Shown here in pieces: positions 1-11,434 of a stretch of 64,000 bases of DNA (position 1 is the stretch's first letter; each line of letters starts with the position of its first letter). Source of the stretch: Lama guanicoe (Eukaryota); the NCBI GenBank assembly GCA_013239625.1, contig MU053933.1:3712470-3776469 (forward strand), in the 5' to 3' direction. The translations under genes were made by a program, and so were the position numbers. Under the pieces are notes generated by a model. That model did no database searches, was not told where the DNA came from, and worked only from the letters and a program-made list of their open reading frames with translations.

Positions 1-660
1 GGTCCCGGAGGACCTCAAGAGAGGAGCCGTTTGCCCGGAGCGGCCGGTGGAGGCGGCGGGGCAGAGACTCCCGCCAGGCCACCTTCCAGGGCCGCGCAGG
101 TGCGAGCTGTCGCGGGGTGGAGGTTGAGGTTAGGAGCCTTGGGAACCACCCGGGATGCTGGGATCCTGAGCGTCTGCTGTGGGGTCCTCCACACAGGTGA
201 TACGGGACGAGGTGGGGTGTGGGCCAGGGAAAGAGACCCCCCACGGTGGCCCAGGGGTGGCCCAGGGCTCAGGGGGGACAGGTCATGATGGGGGAGAGGT
301 TAGCCGGAGCCTCACTGCTTGGTATCCCCTTGAGCCAACAGCCTCAGGCCCCCGGGGGAGCCGCTTTCCCCCAAATGCTGCCTGTGTCTTGCTCACATTT
401 GACCTTTCACAGAAATAACAGCTTTTTGGGGACATGATTTCATCGGTGGCTTTGGGTGGACACTGCTGTGCCAGCACGTGGAGGCTGGGGCTGGGGAACA
501 GGCGCCAGGCGGGACCCCCACGCCTCAGGGAACCTGAGCAGCACCCAGGGCTGCATCCTCGCCCCACCAGGCGGGAGTGTGTCTGTCCCAGTGGGAGCCT
601 GCAGCCAGGCGCCTGACGGTGGGAGGGCGTCTTGGGTGACACCGCGTCCCTGTCTTGCAG

Positions 661-832
661 CACCACCCACTGGAAGCAGGTGCTGTTCATGATGGACGAG
701 CCCGTCTCAGTCCACGAGGGAGATGTGGTCACCGGTGCAGTTGTGCTACAGAGAAACCCAGTGTGGAGGCGGCACATGTCTGTCACCCTGAGCTGGTCTA
801 TCACTTCCAGACAAGACCCTGCGTCGCCGAAA
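661..832 (+). CDS. PRMT2: Protein arginine N-methyltransferase 2, penultimate coding exon
   Basis: Acceptor tgtcttgcag|C at 660/661 and donor AAA|gtaagg at 832/833. Translates TTHWKQVLFMMDEPVSVHEGDVVTGAVVLQRNPVWRRHMSVTLSWSITSRQDPASPK, with the PRMT THW-loop motif and the PRMT2 C-terminal sequence. Confidence 0.95.
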
Positions 833-1448
833 GTAAGGCATTTAGCCGAGAGTCATGTGCTGTGGTGCTGGTCTCGGGAGATGGTGGGTCTGGGGGTGAT
901 CACAGTGGGGGATGCCCATCCCCACCACACAGACCCCACGGCCAGACCTTGTCTGTGTCACTTTTCTCATCGTCGTGATGGGCAGTGGGTGCTCTTATTA
1001 CAGAACAGGAAGCGGAGGAGCAGGAAGGTGAGTCATATGCTGTGAGATGGCCAGTCAGTGAGAACAGAGCCCGTCCCAGCCCAGGAGACCCCCGGCTGCA
1101 GAGTTGCTGAGGGCCTTGCACACACCGCAGTGCCTTGGCCATGGGCAGTGGTGTGAGGGCTGGAGTGAATGTGTGGCCAGGTGGGCCACTGAAATTCCTC
1201 TTCTTTAGACTCCAGGTTAATGTAGGAGAGAGAAGAAAATAATCAAATAGTTTCCCTTTATTTTGTAACACCTGTTTTGTGCTTTGTTTTATGCTCATTT
1301 TATGTAAAAAGTTTAAATGTTTGTTGTTAAAGTCTGTACCTGAGGGCCAGACTCTCGAAAATACTAAATGATTATTAGCAAATACTGCATGTTAGTCAAA
1401 CTGAAATGATTTATTACCTGATTGGTTTGTTTTCTTTGTCTTTTTCAG

Positions 1449-1481
1449 GTTGGGGAGAAAGTCTTTCCAATCTGGAGGTGA
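1449..1481 (+). CDS. PRMT2: PRMT2 terminal coding exon (VGEKVFPIWR*)
   Basis: Long polypyrimidine tract ending tttttcag|GTT. Reads GTT GGG GAG AAA GTC TTT CCA ATC TGG AGG TGA, in frame with the previous exon and matching the known PRMT2 C-terminus. Confidence 0.95.
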   Translation, partial: VGEKVFPIWR

Positions 1482-1928
1482 CAGGGCAAACAAGCTCTGT
1501 CTGGAAGGCAGCGTGTGGTCCTGGAGGCTCGGACGTGACCAGCGAAGACGAACCCGGATGGGAACGTGTCCTGTGAGCCGCCACTTTCTCTCTGATGGAG
1601 TGACAACAGCCTTGCCCCGGGCTCCACGGGCTTGCCGTGTCACCGCCCTGTCCGTCCCTAGAAGTGGGCTGTGTGCCTAGTGTCCACCTGTGGGTAGCTA
1701 GTGGCACAGTGTCCCTGAGCTAGGTCTAGTTCTGAGCTCATAGGACACAGACGTCAACCCTGTCCTCCTGTGAAGGTGGCTGTTTGTGCACCGTGTGTCC
1801 ATGTGCTCTTCCTGCCCCTGGCCCAGCCGCCCAGCTGTGGGGGCGTGCGGGGCTGGAGGTGCAATGCATGCGATGCGGCTCTGCATGGGGTGGTCCGGCT
1901 GTAGCGACGTCTTCCAGACGAATTACGT

Positions 1929-1975
1929 GTTGGCACATAGTACATGCTCAATAAATTTTTTTAATAAATGAATGT
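1929..1975 (+). terminator. Probable PRMT2 polyadenylation signals (two AATAAA) within an L2 LINE 3'-end remnant
   Basis: AATAAA at 1950-1955 and 1963-1968. Context tggcacatagtacatgctcaataaa...aatgaatg resembles the L2 3' terminus. GT/T-rich sequence follows. Confidence 0.65.
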
Positions 1976-2109
1976 TTCTGTGCACGTACAGTATTTTTTA
2001 CTGGGTGGGTCAAACTGTGTGCATTGCTCTGTAACCTTTCTCATCTAATATTACAAAGAAACTTTCACGCCAGTGGGTCCATGTCTAGGTTTTTGGGTGT
2101 GTGTCAATT

Positions 2110-3945
2110 TGACTTTCAGCTGTTTACTGGAGTATAAAATCTATACCCCAGACCGCACGAGTTGTGAGCGTACAGATGAATGACATTCCACAAAGTAGAC
2201 AAATACGTAGCCAGCACTCAGGCCAAAACCCTTGCACACACTCGGGGTCCCAAGTGGCCCTTGCTCTCAGAACCACCCCCAAGGTGGAGCCTGGCTTCTA
2301 AGACTGGAAGTGGCTTTAGCCTGGTTTCCAACACTGTATGAGTGGAATTGTATACGTAGTGAATTTTCAGTAGACTGGATGTTCATGTCCTCCCCAAACT
2401 CATGTGCTGAAAACTAACCCCCAGTGTAGTGTTAGGAGGTGGTGAGGTCATGAGGTGGTGCCCCGTGAAGGGGTTAGTGCCTTTATTATAAAGGGCCCTG
2501 CAGAGCTCTTGCCTGACCTACACGTGAGGGCCCAGCAGGAGCGTCCGTGAACCAGAGCACGATTCCCACCAGACTCCGGGCCGGGCCCTGATGTAGTAGG
2601 GACCTCCAGCCTCCATGACTCTGAGCACCCACGTCCACCCTCTGAGCCCCCCATGCAGTGTTCTGGGGGGCTGCCGGCCCCTTGGTGTCTGCCTTCTGTG
2701 GGTCATGTGTTTGTGAGATTCATCCATGAGCCGTGTGCTTCACCGTCTGCATGCACACAATGTACGTGTCTTATTCCAGTGTTGGTTGTTTTCGGTGTCC
2801 AGCTGTTATGACTCGGGTGAAGGGGAACATTTCTGTGTGTTGGTGCATGTGTGCGCACACATTTGTGTGATGCACATGTGTTCACACATTTGTTTTCGGT
2901 ACACACTTAGGAGTTCAGCTTCCCTAGAAATGACAGACAGTTGTGCAGAGTCAGAGGACCTGCGTCACTACAGCCCCCCCGGGAAAGCTGCAAAGCGCCC
3001 GCCCTCGTCAACACGCACTGCGGGCCATGTTCTCTGGTGGGTGCGCACGCTGACGACCGAGGGTGTGTTTTCCTGAGGCAGCGTGGCTTCATGTACTCGC
3101 TGCTCATTAGGGTGTCCTGTTGTTGGAGTGCTTCTGAGGGCTTCTGCCCATTTTACTACTGAGGGTTGTTTTTTGCTTACTTTAAAGTGTTTTTGATAAA
3201 CAGAAGTTTTATCAAACTTAAAACTTAAATTTTGTCTAATTTGACATTACTTTTCTTTAAGGTTAACACTTGCTGTGTCCTGCTTAAGAAACCTTTGCCT
3301 GTTCCAAACCACTAAGATATTCTCCGACACTCTCTTCTACAGCTATGTTAGTCCATCCTTTCCACTTAGATCAGCCCTCTACCTGGAATTGATTTTTGCC
3401 ATTGATGTGGAGGAGGATTAAGGTTTATTTTCCCATGAGGTAAAAGCTTAGATTATTGATTTTCAGTCTTTTTCCTTTTCTAATTCATGCATCAAAAACT
3501 GAATTTTCCCCTAGAACTGTTTTAGCCACAACAACATATTGTGGTACACTTTCAGTGTCGTGCAGTTCCAAATATTCCTAACTTCTGTTATGATTTCTTC
3601 CGTTGTACCTCAGATTATTTAGAGGTGCACGGCTTAATTTTAAAAGGTGGCACTTTCTAGTTACCTTTTCTTAGTGCTCTCTGGCTTAACTTCAGTGTGG
3701 TTGGAGAACAAACTCTTGAGTGGTTCCAGTGCTTTGAAATGTGTTGGCTCTTGTTTTATGACTCAATGATACTGGTCATTTTCACATGTACTTGAAAAGA
3801 ACGTGTGTTGGACTGTTGCTGAATATAAAGCTCTATGTATGTGGTTTAGACAAAGCTGTTGATTGTCGTGTTCAGATAGTTGGATCTTGACTGACACTTT
3901 TGTCTGCTTATTCTATCAGCTACTGAGATGGAGGATTTAGAGCAT
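2110..3945 (-). mobile_element. Old L1 (L1M/L1ME-type) antisense fragments, interrupted by an MLT1 LTR at ~2370-2690
   Basis: T-rich L1 antisense-like text (e.g. ttcagctgtttactggagtataaa; cacatgtacttgaaaagaacgtgtgtt). MLT1A-like motif cccaaactcatgtgctgaaaactaacccccagtgtagtgttaggaggtgg. Confidence 0.6.
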
Positions 3946-3954
3946 TTTGGTCAA

Positions 3955-5000
3955 CTTGAGTGGCCAACACAAAATGCCTTAGACTGTGCGGGTTAAACAA
4001 CAGGAATTTATTTCTCGGGAATTGAGTTCTGGAGGCTGGGAAGTCCCCGAGGTGCCAGCCAACCTGGTTCCCTGTGAGGACTGTCTTCTTGGCTTGCGGA
4101 CGATGCCTTCTCGATGTGCCCTCTCGTGGTGAGGAGAGTGAGCTCTCTGGCTTCTCCTTGTAAGGACACCCACCCACTGGATCGGGGCTCCTCCTTTGTG
4201 ACGTCATTGAACCATAGTTACTTCTTCGAAGCCCCATCTCCAAATACGGTCTCGTTGAAGGTTAGGGCTTTGCATTATAGTGAATGTCTGTTGCCCCAAG
4301 ATTCACATGTTGAAATCTAACCAACAAAGGGATGTGGTTAGATTATGAGGATGGAGCCCCAGACATGGGGTTTGTGCCCATAAAAGAGGCCCAGAGAACA
4401 GCCTGGTCCCCTTCCTCCAGGTGGGAGCACAGCAGGGAGACTGAACAGGGAAGTGTGCCCTCACCAGATGAGTCTGCTAGTGCTTTGATCTTGGGCTTCC
4501 CAGCTCCCAGAGCTGTGAGAAGTGAATTTCTGTTGTCTGTAAGCCGCCCCATCTATGATACTCTGCTGCAGCAGCTCAGACAGACAAAGACAGGCCTCAA
4601 CGTAGGGACTCTGGAGGAACGCAGCTTAGTCCATAGCACTCTGCCCCGTGGCCGCCAAATTAATGTCCTCATATACAAAATGCATTCATTCCATCCCAAC
4701 AGTCCCCAGAGTCTTAACTCACTCCAGCATCAAGTCTGAAGTGCCAAGTCACATCTAAGTCTCATTAAAACTAAATATATGTGCGACTCAAGGTGGGATA
4801 CATCCAGAGGCAAAATTCCTCTTTCGCTGACCTGTGGAGCCAGACGAGTTGTGCGCTTCTGAAACACAGTGATGGAACAGGCGTACGATGGACTCTCCCA
4901 TTGCAAAGGGGGACTTGGAAGGAATAAAAGGGGGGCTTGAGAGGAAAAAAGCCTGGTGGGTCCCAGGCTTGTCCAAAATCCAGCTATGCAAATCCAAGTA
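3955..5000 (-). mobile_element. MLT1A-like MaLR LTR plus internal sequence, split by a nested second MLT1 LTR
   Basis: ttaaacaacaggaatttatttctc...gttctggaggctgggaagtcc...ccccatctccaaatac...ggttagggctt, resuming at 4593 and running into MLT-int-like sequence (cattcattccatcccaacagtccccagagtcttaactc). Confidence 0.75.
4271..4592 (+). mobile_element. Nested MLT1A-like solo LTR
   Basis: TG...CA termini and 5-bp TSD ggctt (4266-4270) / ggcct (4593-4597). Typical text: ttgatcttgggcttcccagctcccagagctgtgagaagtgaatttctgttg. Confidence 0.75.
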
Positions 5001-5849
5001 GCTCTGAAGGCTGGGCGATAGTCCTCACTGGACGATTCACTCAGCTTCTTGAATCTGTATGTTTATTTCTTTTCCCGAATTTGAGAAGCCTACTTTGTGT
5101 ATGTTTTCATCACTCTCCTTCCATTTTCTGGGTTCTGGTGAACCTAAATTTATATCTTTTTTATAGTCTCATATGTAGTGGAGTTAATTCACTTACAAAA
5201 TTTACTTTGGCTCTCAGTGGAAGAAAATTACTTAAGTTAATTAAATATTATATACTGTGATGATCATAGTTTCCAAATTTTGGTGACAGTTGGTATTTCC
5301 TATCCCAGACTGAACACTAAATTCATAAAATTTAAAAAATATAATTATTCTGTAGTTAATTACACATAGACAAACCATAGTTTGCCAAGAGTTTTTAAGG
5401 AGTGAAAGTAGGCACTGGTAACAATTACACTAGGACGTGGACACAATGAGGACTGTCCTAGGCAAGTCAGGCACAAGGTCATCTTAGTACTGTGAGATTG
5501 ATTTTAAGTGACTAGTGTAGGCTAATTATACCTATAATTGTAACTATGTTGAGGGCTTTAAGGCACTTATCTTTATTATAATTAATGCAGTCATTATTTT
5601 AAAATTACCCATTATTTTATATTCTGTCTCCTCAAATCATAACATCAAGAGAGTAAGGGGATTGTTAAGTGATAAATATCAGTGTTACCAGGCATGAGAT
5701 ACTGTAGGATCACATTTTATAAAGCATTATAACACTGTACCTTAAAAGAACTATAGGACCCTGAATATTGGCCAAGCCAGTGTGTTTCTTTTTGTCTGCA
5801 ACTCTTTTAAAATAAAATATACACATCATAACAACAACAACAAAAAAAG

Positions 5850-6110
5850 GTAGTAGAGTTCCTTATATATCTTGGATATCACCGCCTTAACAGACGTGTG
5901 ATTTGCAGATAATTTCTCCCATTCTGTAGGCTGTGTTTTCATTCTGCTGGCTGTTCCTTTTGCTGTGCAGAGGTGTTTTGGTTTGGTGTAGTCTTGCTGT
6001 GTTTTGCTGTTGCTGCTTGTGCTATTATCGTTGAGGTGTCAATTCCAAAGTATCATTGTCAAGACTAACGTCAAGAACCTTCCCCTGTTTCTTTGTAGGA
6101 TTTTGTTGTG
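5850..6110 (-). mobile_element. L1 ORF2 3'-region fragment, antisense
   Basis: gagttccttatatatcttggatat...tttgcagataatttctcccattctgtaggctgtg...ttttgctgtgcagag is a typical L1 antisense segment. Confidence 0.75.
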
Positions 6111-6444
6111 TGTGCTCGCCTCATTTGTCAATAACCAATATTGTCTTTTCCAGGTTCAAATCTAGGATATATGAAATGAAACAAAAACAAGACAAAACAA
6201 ACAAAAAGAAATTCACAACCAAGTCATTCCTTGTGTATCAAGTTTCTCCATATCGCACTGTCTTCTTATTTTGTTTTGTATATAATTTCAGGGGTTTTAG
6301 TTATACTTAGAGGTAAGAATAGGAAAAAGAATGTGTACTCCATCAGGTTTCTGTGGCAGATAACAGAATCTCCTCTAGTTATTCTAAAGACAAAAGAAAT
6401 CGAATTCTCTTTAAAAGTTTTCAGCTTTATTGAGGTATAATTGA

Positions 6445-6536
6445 CCCTAACTTTAACCCAAAGCCAAACCCAGCCAGAATCTTAACCCCAACCCCAAGCC
6501 CAGGCTCAGAGCTGAACCCTAACCCTGTCCCAAACC
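6445..6536 (+). repeat. Degenerate interstitial telomere-like (CCCTAA)n tract, ~15 hexamers
   Basis: ccctaa ctttaa cccaaa gccaaa cccagc cagaat cttaac cccaac cccaag cccagg ctcaga gctgaa ccctaa ccctgt cccaaa: 6-bp periodicity with two perfect CCCTAA. Confidence 0.6.
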
Positions 6537-6574
6537 GTCTACAGGAACTCCTCCGCTGTGCTGTGTGCTGAGCA

Positions 6575-6590
6575 TGTCGCCCTCTGGAGG
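6575..6590 (-). promoter_or_regulatory. CTCF-like motif
   Basis: Minus strand reads CCTCCAGAGGGCGACA, close to the CTCF core CCNCCAGRGGGCGC. It lies 40 bp from the telomere-like tract. Confidence 0.45.
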
Positions 6591-7243
6591 AACCGGTAAT
6601 TGTGAGACTCTCCCGTGTGTCTTACATTCCGGGGTACCTAGATCATGGACATTGTGCTTTTGGCCCCCTTGATTTTTTAATCTTCAGTTCAGAGCCCAAG
6701 TTCACCTCTATGCTCAATAGTCCTCAGGACATAAAAACATCTCTTAGGTGTTCTGAGATGCTGTTTATGTTTATGTCTTTTTACTTCATCTTAGATGCAG
6801 GTAAATAATTATTGCATAATCTGAAGACATTTCTGAATTGATGTGCAAATATGAAGAATTTTATTTATTTTAAAAGCTAAATATGTAGTATTTCTGACAT
6901 CCCAAGGTTTAGAGCACAATTTAAATAACACGCATATCTCATCACCTACTTTAGTGTCAGGGTTAGCTTATACTCAGAAGTAACAGCATTTATCAATTTC
7001 TGTAATTTTATGATTTAATAATATTTCCTATAGTAAAAAGCATTCTACAGTACGTATATGTTACTGTCTTCTAAAATTTTAAACCTTATACACATGATAT
7101 CATAACCTAAGCCTTGTTAACTCAGTCCAGTGGGAACTAAAATGTAACTCAGGTCATTGATAAACAGGTTACTCTGTCCTCAGGCACATTACTCCAGTGG
7201 TGCGAGGAATGCTAAGGAGTGGTCATATGATCATTTAATTACT

Positions 7244-8173
7244 TTAGGAAGAGAAAATCCTCATCCTTGTTTTGATGTAATTTATCTTGGAAATTCTATT
7301 TTCATTTGTAATCAGCAAGAAAGGACAGATGCTAGGGTAACATGATGCAATAAAATTACCAAAGTTCTCCAGGTGCCAGTTTTTCTTTTGCACAAAAATT
7401 AAATAAACAGTAAGAAAGGTATTGGTCCAGTGAAATAAAACAAAGCAGCTCACCAGGATGAGAATAACACTGGTAGCTTTGTTTTCAGGAGAGCCTCGTG
7501 AAGAGTGGATGGTACTGCGAACATGCTGAGCTATTTTGTGGTGTCTGAAAAGAATATTTACCATGTAGATACTATTACATGTCATTAGAGAGAGAAAGAA
7601 CAAATCTCGAGTGAATGTTGTGCTTAGAAATGTTGCTGCCAGATATTGGTTATAGGCACTGGTTTTACAAGTAGCGGTGTAATACCCACGACTAGCATGA
7701 GTGGCATTCCTGGTGGCCACAGTTCTTAAGATGATCTCAGTATAAATGATCATGTTGATGATCCAGGCAAAAAGTAAAGAGGGTTGAATAAACGTAGAAA
7801 TTTTGGTTTTGATCCAGGCCCATTTACTATTACTTGGAGTAATAGTCACAGCTTGAAATGTACTCTGGAGGGAGGTTGTGTACAGAGAAATACTTCGGGT
7901 AACTCTCTGAATGTAAAGCACTGTTTTACATCCAATATCACCCATCTCGGGCCTAATTCCAAATGATAACATTATATTTGGGACCCCTCTGAATATGAGT
8001 GATAGTGTGTTAGCCAAAGTTAGGTGGGCAAGAATCGTATCTGTGGGCTTCTTCTTATGAGGGAGAATTAAGAAGATGTACATATATAACAAAAATAACA
8101 AGGAATTCCCCATGAACCCAATACAAATTTGAAAGGTGAAGAAGATCCCAAAAATCACGTCACTGGAAATCAT
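7244..8173 (-). CDS. Vomeronasal type-1 receptor (V1R), intact single-exon 309-aa ORF
   Basis: Seven hydrophobic segments and V1R motifs GFMGNSLLF, KPTDTILAHLTLAN, GCKTVLYIQRVTRSISL, STFQAVTITP, LFRHHK, SPENKAT..ILILVSCF and YPSICPFLLI. True ATG start and no internal stops. Confidence 0.93.
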   Translation of the reverse strand: MISSDVIFGIFFTFQICIGFMGNSLLFLLYMYIFLILPHKKKPTDTILAHLTLANTLSLIFRGVPNIMLSFGIRPEMGDIGCKTVLYIQRVTRSISLYTTSLQSTFQAVTITPSNSKWAWIKTKISTFIQPSLLFAWIINMIIYTEIILRTVATRNATHASRGYYTATCKTSAYNQYLAATFLSTTFTRDLFFLSLMTCNSIYMVNILFRHHKIAQHVRSTIHSSRGSPENKATSVILILVSCFVLFHWTNTFLTVYLIFVQKKNWHLENFGNFIASCYPSICPFLLITNENRISKINYIKTRMRIFSS

Positions 8174-9299
8174 AGTCTTTCAGTCTCTCTTAGATCTTCA
8201 AACCAAGATCAGCACATCCTATAGACAGATAATTTGATTACGAATGTAAAGATTCAGAATAACTGTGAATGTATTAATTTTCCAGGAGACTTCCTGCAAG
8301 ATGGTCAGATGTTTAGCTACATCAGACCAAGGGACCATCAAGATACTTAAAGAGCAGAATTTAACGTTTATGAAAACAGAAAGTATCATATGTTTTCACC
8401 ATTTATTCCAGTCAGTTTCTCTTAGAAACGTTCTGCTGATTCTGAAGACTATTTTTATGTGTTAAGAGACAGTTTACTTAAAACTGTAACTTCTCTTACC
8501 ATTGTATGCATAGTGAATGCCAGTAGCATCTGTACAATGATATTCTCCCGAATGTTTATTGTATTATATAGCTCATTTTTACAAATGATCATATATAATT
8601 ACTGAAGCATGCATAAATATGTGGCACAAAACATATCTGACTCCAGTTATATTTTATTGTCACGTTTGTTATAAGGTTAACTAATATAAGATAAAAGAAG
8701 TTATTATGATCACATTCAAAATCAACGGCCAAGTTATAGATTACCTTCATCTCATTCTAAATCTCCAGTCTGAAGCGTGGGCTCCACTGATCTGCTGAGA
8801 CTGGAGAGTTTAGAATTGCCCTAATCTCCCTGCAGTCAGGGCACACACACTGCAGTGCCCTCTACTGCCTACTGATGTGTCTCGTGACTCCTGTATCCTT
8901 CTACTCGACTGTTTCCTTAAATCATAAATTGAGACTGATGATGCCACTGACAGGTCAAGGGGTGGGGAGAGGCTTGTAATCCACATGCGGAGGCTCTGTC
9001 CCGGAGAGCAGGACAAAGCTCCCGAGATGATCTGAAAATGGCTGGAGCAGGAGTATAAAGGAAATTGGTCTGGGTTTTTTTTTTTTTATTATTATTATTG
9101 TGATCCAGATGCGGCCTGGGTGAGGGCTCACACCTGCCAGCAGGGGCTGAATGCTTTGAATCTCTTACTTGCACCAAAGGAGGGAGCCCTTAGATTCCTT
9201 ATCAGTTTGACCAGACATGAGTCACGGGGAAAAGGTGAGTACACATGCCTAAAAGCTGACAGCAAGCATCCAAAAAACAGAGTCAGTCTTATTATTACA

Positions 9300-10085
9300 A
9301 CTATTCACCCACTGGGATAGCTGAAATTTTAAAAGTGACACCACCCAATTCTGGCAAGGATGCAGAGAAACGTATCATTCATACACAGCTAGTTGGAATG
9401 TAAAATCATACCGTCACTGTGGAAAAGAATTTGACAGCTTCTTCAAACAACCCCTCACACGCGATTACCATAGGTTCAGCAACAGCTCTCCCGGGAGTTT
9501 ATTCCTGAGAAATGAGAAGTTACTTTCACACAACACCTGTACTCTAATGTTAACAGCAGTGTCATTCACAACAGCCAGAAGTTGGAAGCCTAGACATCTT
9601 TTTTCCATGGATGAATGGTTGTAACAAACTATGGCACATTCCAAGCAATGGGATACTCTTCATAAAGTACAGAAGCAAACTACCGACACACACAGCAACT
9701 TGTATGAGCCCAGGGAAACGTGTTGGGTGGACATGCCAGTCCCAAGAGGTTACATACTCCGTGATTGTATTTGTGTAATGTTTCTGTGATAACCAAATGC
9801 AGAACTGGAGGGCAGACTGGTGGTCACTAAGGGTTAATGAAAGAAAGGGGTGGAAGGCGAGGCGGTGTGGCTGTGAGGGCAGCGTGCACTGTCCATTTTC
9901 TGATGGAACGTTCTGTGTCTGGCTGTCCACGTCCGCATCCTGCTCGGGACGTCGCACTATGGTTTTGTGGATGTTACTGAGGAAACTGAGCACACGATAC
10001 ATAGGATCTCTCCGTATTGTCTGTAATAACTACATGGGAATACACAGTTATTTCAAAATAAAAAGCTTAAGTCAATATTTAAAAA
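9300..10085 (+). mobile_element. L1MC/L1MD-type 3' end
   Basis: ggcaaggatgcagagaaa...ggaatgtaaaat...; ends ggatctctccgtattgt...ttatttcaaaataaaaagctt. Confidence 0.7.
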
Positions 10086-10099
10086 ATCACGGTGGGAGG

Positions 10100-11030
10100 A
10101 AAACTTCTGTCACTCACCTTTAAGAGTGACGTTAGCTGTATATTCTCTTAGGTGACCTTTATTGAGTAAAGGGAGTTCCCTTTCTATTCCTTGTTAGCTG
10201 ACAGTTTTTAACCCGAATGGATATTAAATTTTGTCAAATATTTTTCTGCATCTATAGAGACAGTCATTTCATCTTCCTTATTTTGTCTATTAGTATGTGG
10301 TGTACCCTGATAGAAATTTAGACCAACTTTCCATTTCTGGAGTAAATACAACTTCATTATGATTTTTTTTACTTTTTATATATTGCTGGATTCAATTGGC
10401 TGATATTTAGCTTGAAATTTTTGTGTCGTGTTCATGAGAGAGAGTGGTCTGTCATTTTCTGATCCAGTATTGACATGAATACAGGTGGCCTTAAAAAGTG
10501 ATTCAGTAAGTGTTCCTTTCCCTTGCATTTTGTGGGAGAGCTTGTGTAGAACTGGTATTTTTCTATAAGCATTTGGCATATTTGCTACTGAAACCATCTG
10601 CGTCTGGAGTTTTTCAAAAGGTTTTAAACATAACTTCAGTTTCTTTAATAGGCACAAGGTATTCGGGTTACCTAGTTCTTCTGAGTGACTTTTGGTGGCT
10701 TGTCCTTGGAGGAATCGGTCCACTTCGTGTGAGTTATCAGACTGACAAGCTTGAGTTGGTTGTGGCATTCGTGCTCTCACTAGTGTTTAAGTGCCTTGGG
10801 GATCATTAGTTATGTTCTTGCTTGTTCCTGTTCTGTATCTTATGTCTTCTCTTTTTCTCTTGGCCAAACTGTCTAGAGGTTTACGAACTTTCTTGATCTT
10901 TGATATTCTCTACTGTTTTCCTGTGCTCTGAGTTCATAGATTTCTGCTCTGATCTTTATTATTTATGTTCCTACACTTGCTTTAAGTTTAATTTCCTCTG
11001 CTTTCTTGGGTTGCCTACGGTGGAAGCTTA
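10100..11030 (-). mobile_element. Old L1 ORF2 fragment, antisense
   Basis: attttgtcaaatatttttctgcatctat; ttgctggattcaattggctgatattt; gatttctgctctgatctttattattt. Confidence 0.75.
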
Positions 11031-11434
11031 GGTATGAAAACTGAGCTGAAACTAGCAGTTCTTAGTGTATCTCAAATACTTTGGTTCTGAAATTCATTAT
11101 CTTGGAGGATTTTAGTCTCTATTTACAACATCTGTGGCTGCACGGCACAGGGGATGTTGGCTATTTCCAGGCATGACATCTAACAGGAGGAAGAAGACTT
11201 CAAAAAGTGGCCTCAGAATGCCTCCATGTCATTGTCATTAATGCTCTTCCCACCTCTGCCTCATGCCCAGGTACCCCAGGGACCAATTCAGGCCATACCT
11301 GTGGTGACACCAAACTGCCCCTATTACTGTTGTAGCCTATCTGGAGAAGAGACTGGCTGGTCTGTCCATTTCTACTTCCACCCCTGGGTGGAAAGGGCAG
11401 GGTGAATCACAGTTTGAACAGGGTCAGAACAAAC

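Noticed and set aside
632..1045. 137-aa ORF as a stand-alone gene
   Set aside because: It is the PRMT2 exon 661-832 plus intronic read-through.
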